From Octopus vulgaris (taxonomy: Eukaryota): 64,000 bases of DNA. Both the position numbers and the translations under genes were made by a program. Below are positions 61,793 to 64,000 of this stretch, piece by piece (within the stretch, counting starts at the first letter, position 1; each line of letters begins with the position of its first letter). Under the pieces are notes generated by a model that was given only the letters and a program-made list of their open reading frames with translations, searched no databases and was not told the origin of the DNA. The DNA is taken from NCBI GenBank assembly GCA_951406725.2, contig OX597821.1, positions 73,408,001 to 73,472,000 on the forward strand, in the 5' to 3' direction.

Positions 61793-62900
61793 TTATTGCT
61801 TATTTAGCTTGGGTTCGAATTTATCAATAAAATTCTTTTCTCTGATTTTCCTCTCGATTTCACTTGGGCTGTGTAATTTGTAGAATGGAAATATTATATA
61901 TATTTTCCGACCACATGTTGCTAGGTGGTTACTCAAAGGTATCTGACGGACCTCTGGGTCTCTAATCTGTTGCCGGTGTACACGTGAGCGTTCTAATAGT
62001 GCGTTTCCCGTCTGACCTACATATATTTCTTCACAATTTGGGCATTTGATGCAGTAAATTAAATTTCTGCTTTTGCAGTTCATATTCGCGTTTGTGAATA
62101 TTTTCCCGGTTTTTGTGTTTATATATTGACCGGTATGTATGAATTGGCATGTGCCACATCGGCTATCATTGCATTTAGATACCGTGAATGTTTGGTCTTT
62201 GTTGCTGAGGTCAAATTTTGCCTTTGTTAGTAATGTTTTCAAGTTTTTAGGCTGTCTTTTACTAAGCACCATAGCTCGATCCTTGATTATGTCTTTTAAT
62301 TCATTACTTTGGGCAATGATTGGTAGGTTTGCTTTGGCAATGTTGAAGATATTCTGGTGACATGGGTTGTGTGTCACTATGAATGGTATGACTTGTTCTT
62401 GTTTTCCTCTTCCTTGGGTTGTCCTAAGTTGTTGTATAGGTATTTTTATAGCCCGCTGTATGCCATTTTCTATAAGTAGAGATGGGTATTTTTGTTTGAG
62501 CAAAAATTCTCTTAGTTCTATTAGGCGTTTGTTCCTGATATTTGCATCTTCTACAATAGTACAAATTCTTCTGGCTAGGCAGTATGGGATGTTACGTTTT
62601 GTATGTGGTGGATGGCACGACTTAAAATTTAGGTATTGATGTGTGTCTGTGTGTTTATAGTATATATCTGTGGTGATGGTGGTGTCTTTTTTAATTACCA
62701 TTATATCCAGGAATGGTAATTTGGTACTACTCATCTCCTTTGTAAATTTGAGAGATGGGTGTAGGTTGTTCAGGAGGATATTGAACTCTTCCAGAGTATT
62801 TAGAGATTCTGTCCAGATTATGAAACAGTCGTCTAGGTATCTCTTCCATGCCTTTTCAATATACTTTCTAAATCCAGTGCCATAGTTTACCTCCACCTCT
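61793..62900 (-). pseudogene. 5'-truncated duplicate of the RT C-terminal half and GIY-YIG
   Basis: Translation matches the last 367 aa of the 57522 ORF; breaks at a (TA)n junction. Confidence 0.92.
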
Positions 62901-63202
62901 ATATATATATATATATTGTCATCATCGTTTAATGTCCACCTTCATGCTGGCATGGGTTGGATGGTTTGACAGAAGCTGGCCAGGTAGAAAACTACCCCAG
63001 GCTACTGTTTCCTTCCTGGCATGGTTTTTGTGGCCAGATGCCCTTCCTGACACCAACCACTTTGTTGAGTGGACCAATCATAGATGTAAAACAAAAGTGT
63101 TTGAGAGTTCATATTGTATAACGTCTGTATTAGAATTGGATCTTGAAGCACATATAAAGTTATGAATAATGGCATTTGAATATTGGCTTGGAAACCCCTT
63201 TT

Positions 63203-63238
<36 letters not shown>

Positions 63239-64000
63239 CCTTTGCTTGGCTTTGCATGATGGTCGTAAATGAGTGCCACTGCCATTCAAGTGCTGCCTGT
63301 TTCCCATCTTCTGTGAAAAGATGTCTGGTCATCGAGGAAGTGTTACTTTGCTTGGAAACTGACAAAGGTTGGTGACAGGAAGGGCATCCAGCCATAGCGA
63401 ATCCACCTCTGCAGATTCCAGCCAACCCATGCCAGCATGGAAAAACAGACATGAAACAGTGATGATGATGCTGATGCTGATAATGCTCTTACTGTCTGCT
63501 TCTTGTTTGTTTATTCACCACAGGAAATAGAGAGAAAAAGAAAGAAAGAAGGAATTCATTGGCAGACAAGTTAGGGTTAGTGAATAGGCATGTAACACAT
63601 GGTTATTCAACTTTCTTAAAATAGCAGTCTAATCTCTCACAAATCATGCCCCCACCTCTTCATCTTAAACAAAGGCTGTATAGAACCCAAAAGCTGTGGT
63701 TTCTCTCTGTTGCCCATTGCAACATCACGTCTACAGAAATTCAGAAAAATGGTTATGATCAAAAATGGAAATACTTCTGGCTGCTGAAAAACTCCAAATT
63801 ATTTCAAGACAAGGTTTATAGATTTTCTGTTGGAATTGGTCTTAAATGGTAGGGATAATATGGAGAGGAAATGAAATAGTCTTAGACATGATCTTTTCTT
63901 GGTGGTATTGCTAGATTCCTTAGGGAAGTTCCCAAGTAAGACTTCTCCAATATTATAAGAATATTAGTTGTCAGGACAATTCCGGGCAGGAGTTTTAGTA

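Larger units (their letters stand above)
56850..62900 (-). mobile_element. Penelope-like element (Neptune type), partial tandem: 5'-truncated copy 62900-61121 followed by full unit 61120-56850; inserted in (TA)n
   Basis: 56850-58629 repeated at 61121-62900 (offset 4271) with no differences noticed; (TA)n on both flanks; RT followed by C-terminal GIY-YIG. Confidence 0.95.

Noticed and set aside
63524-63575. Possible downstream CEP43 exon after a pyrimidine tract and CAG
   Set aside because: The required phase gives an immediate stop; no FOP C-terminal motif recognised

Overview
AT-rich, repeat-dense animal genomic DNA; the repeat families suggest a cephalopod such as Octopus (inference). The window lies inside one large + strand gene, a CEP43/FGFR1OP (FOP) homolog. 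Eight GT-AG exons (1520-42182) splice in frame, giving the LisH/FOP-dimer region, an unexpected degenerate EF-hand pair, and the FFDDP motif; the first and last exons are not found here. The introns and downstream DNA hold: (i) a 5'-truncated but uninterrupted RTE LINE with a PHD-type finger inside its RT and a six-fold amplified 3' UTR, plus many copies of its 3' tail; (ii) a young Neptune-type Penelope-like element (PLE) in partial tandem, inserted in (TA)n, with a minimal hammerhead ribozyme in each repeat and a 430-aa upstream ORF that overlaps the RT/GIY-YIG ORF in the -1 frame across a U_UUU_UUU heptamer; (iii) about a dozen minimal hammerhead motifs of several families, including a tRNA-headed, hammerhead-carrying short element that makes PLE-style inverted insertions with 12-14 bp TSDs; (iv) tRNA SINEs, TTAA and mariner-derived foldback MITEs, LINE relics and microsatellites. 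All calls were made by eye; repeat boundaries are approximate.
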